Source: Octopus sinensis
Taxonomy: Eukaryota
NCBI RefSeq assembly: GCF_006345805.1
Contig: NC_042997.1
Span: 12,772,001-12,836,000, forward strand
Length of the DNA: 64,000 bases
Reading direction: 5' to 3'
The stretch's first letter is position 1, and every line of letters begins with the position of its first letter. The translations under genes and the position numbers were made by a program. A model generated the notes under the pieces. It did no database searches, was not told the DNA's origin, and saw nothing but the letters and a program-made list of their open reading frames with translations. Shown here piece after piece: positions 63,573 through 64,000 of this stretch.

Positions 63573-64000
63573 TAGACATACATATATATATAAATATATA
63601 CATGTGTATGTATATATATATATATTTTCAAAGTGCACATGTGTCATGACAAAGAATGACATCACTAAAGAAGAATAGAATAAAAGAATAAGGAATGAAA
63701 TTTTAATAAATATAGGATAAACAAATTAGAAACAACTAGATAATTTGGCATTTAATTCAATATATACTATCACGAAATGTTTAAGTAATTATCCTTCTTT
63801 GTCGTCAAAAGGTATACGTAATAAAAAAAATATCAAAATTGAAGTCAATAGAAAGAATAAAAACAACATTCTCAATTTGAAACGAGAATTCGTTTAAATA
63901 ATAAAGTATAAGAAAAATAAACCGAGTAAAAAAAATCAATGTATTTTGTTTTGTTTGAAGTTTCCGGTTTTGTTTGCTTATTTTTCAAGTATTTGTAGTG

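Overview
AT-rich, microsatellite-dense animal DNA made up almost entirely of transposable-element debris. The SINE families look like those of octopus (coleoid cephalopod); this is my recognition, not a database result. No intact host protein-coding gene, true tRNA/rRNA gene or CRISPR array is supported, and most track ORFs are translated (TA)n/(CA)n repeats or SINEs. Recognisable content: (1) three abundant tRNA-derived SINE families, here called A, B and C, with C often forming nested dimers and trimers; (2) a full-length 1.62-kb IR/DR-type Tc1 transposon with a disrupted DD34E transposase; (3) fragments of R4/RLE-clade, CR1, RTE and Tx1/L1-like LINEs; (4) a Penelope-like GIY-YIG remnant; (5) non-autonomous Helitrons; (6) a pair of ~1-kb TG..CA elements in inverted orientation; (7) a 244-bp palindrome. 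The two most notable signals are at least six dispersed hammerhead-ribozyme motifs, several beside short inverted or direct repeats (Penelope/retrozyme-like modules), and SINE C copies with a Tx1-like tail that recur at two fixed positions inside their own family's tRNA-derived head. All alignments and RNA folds were done by eye.
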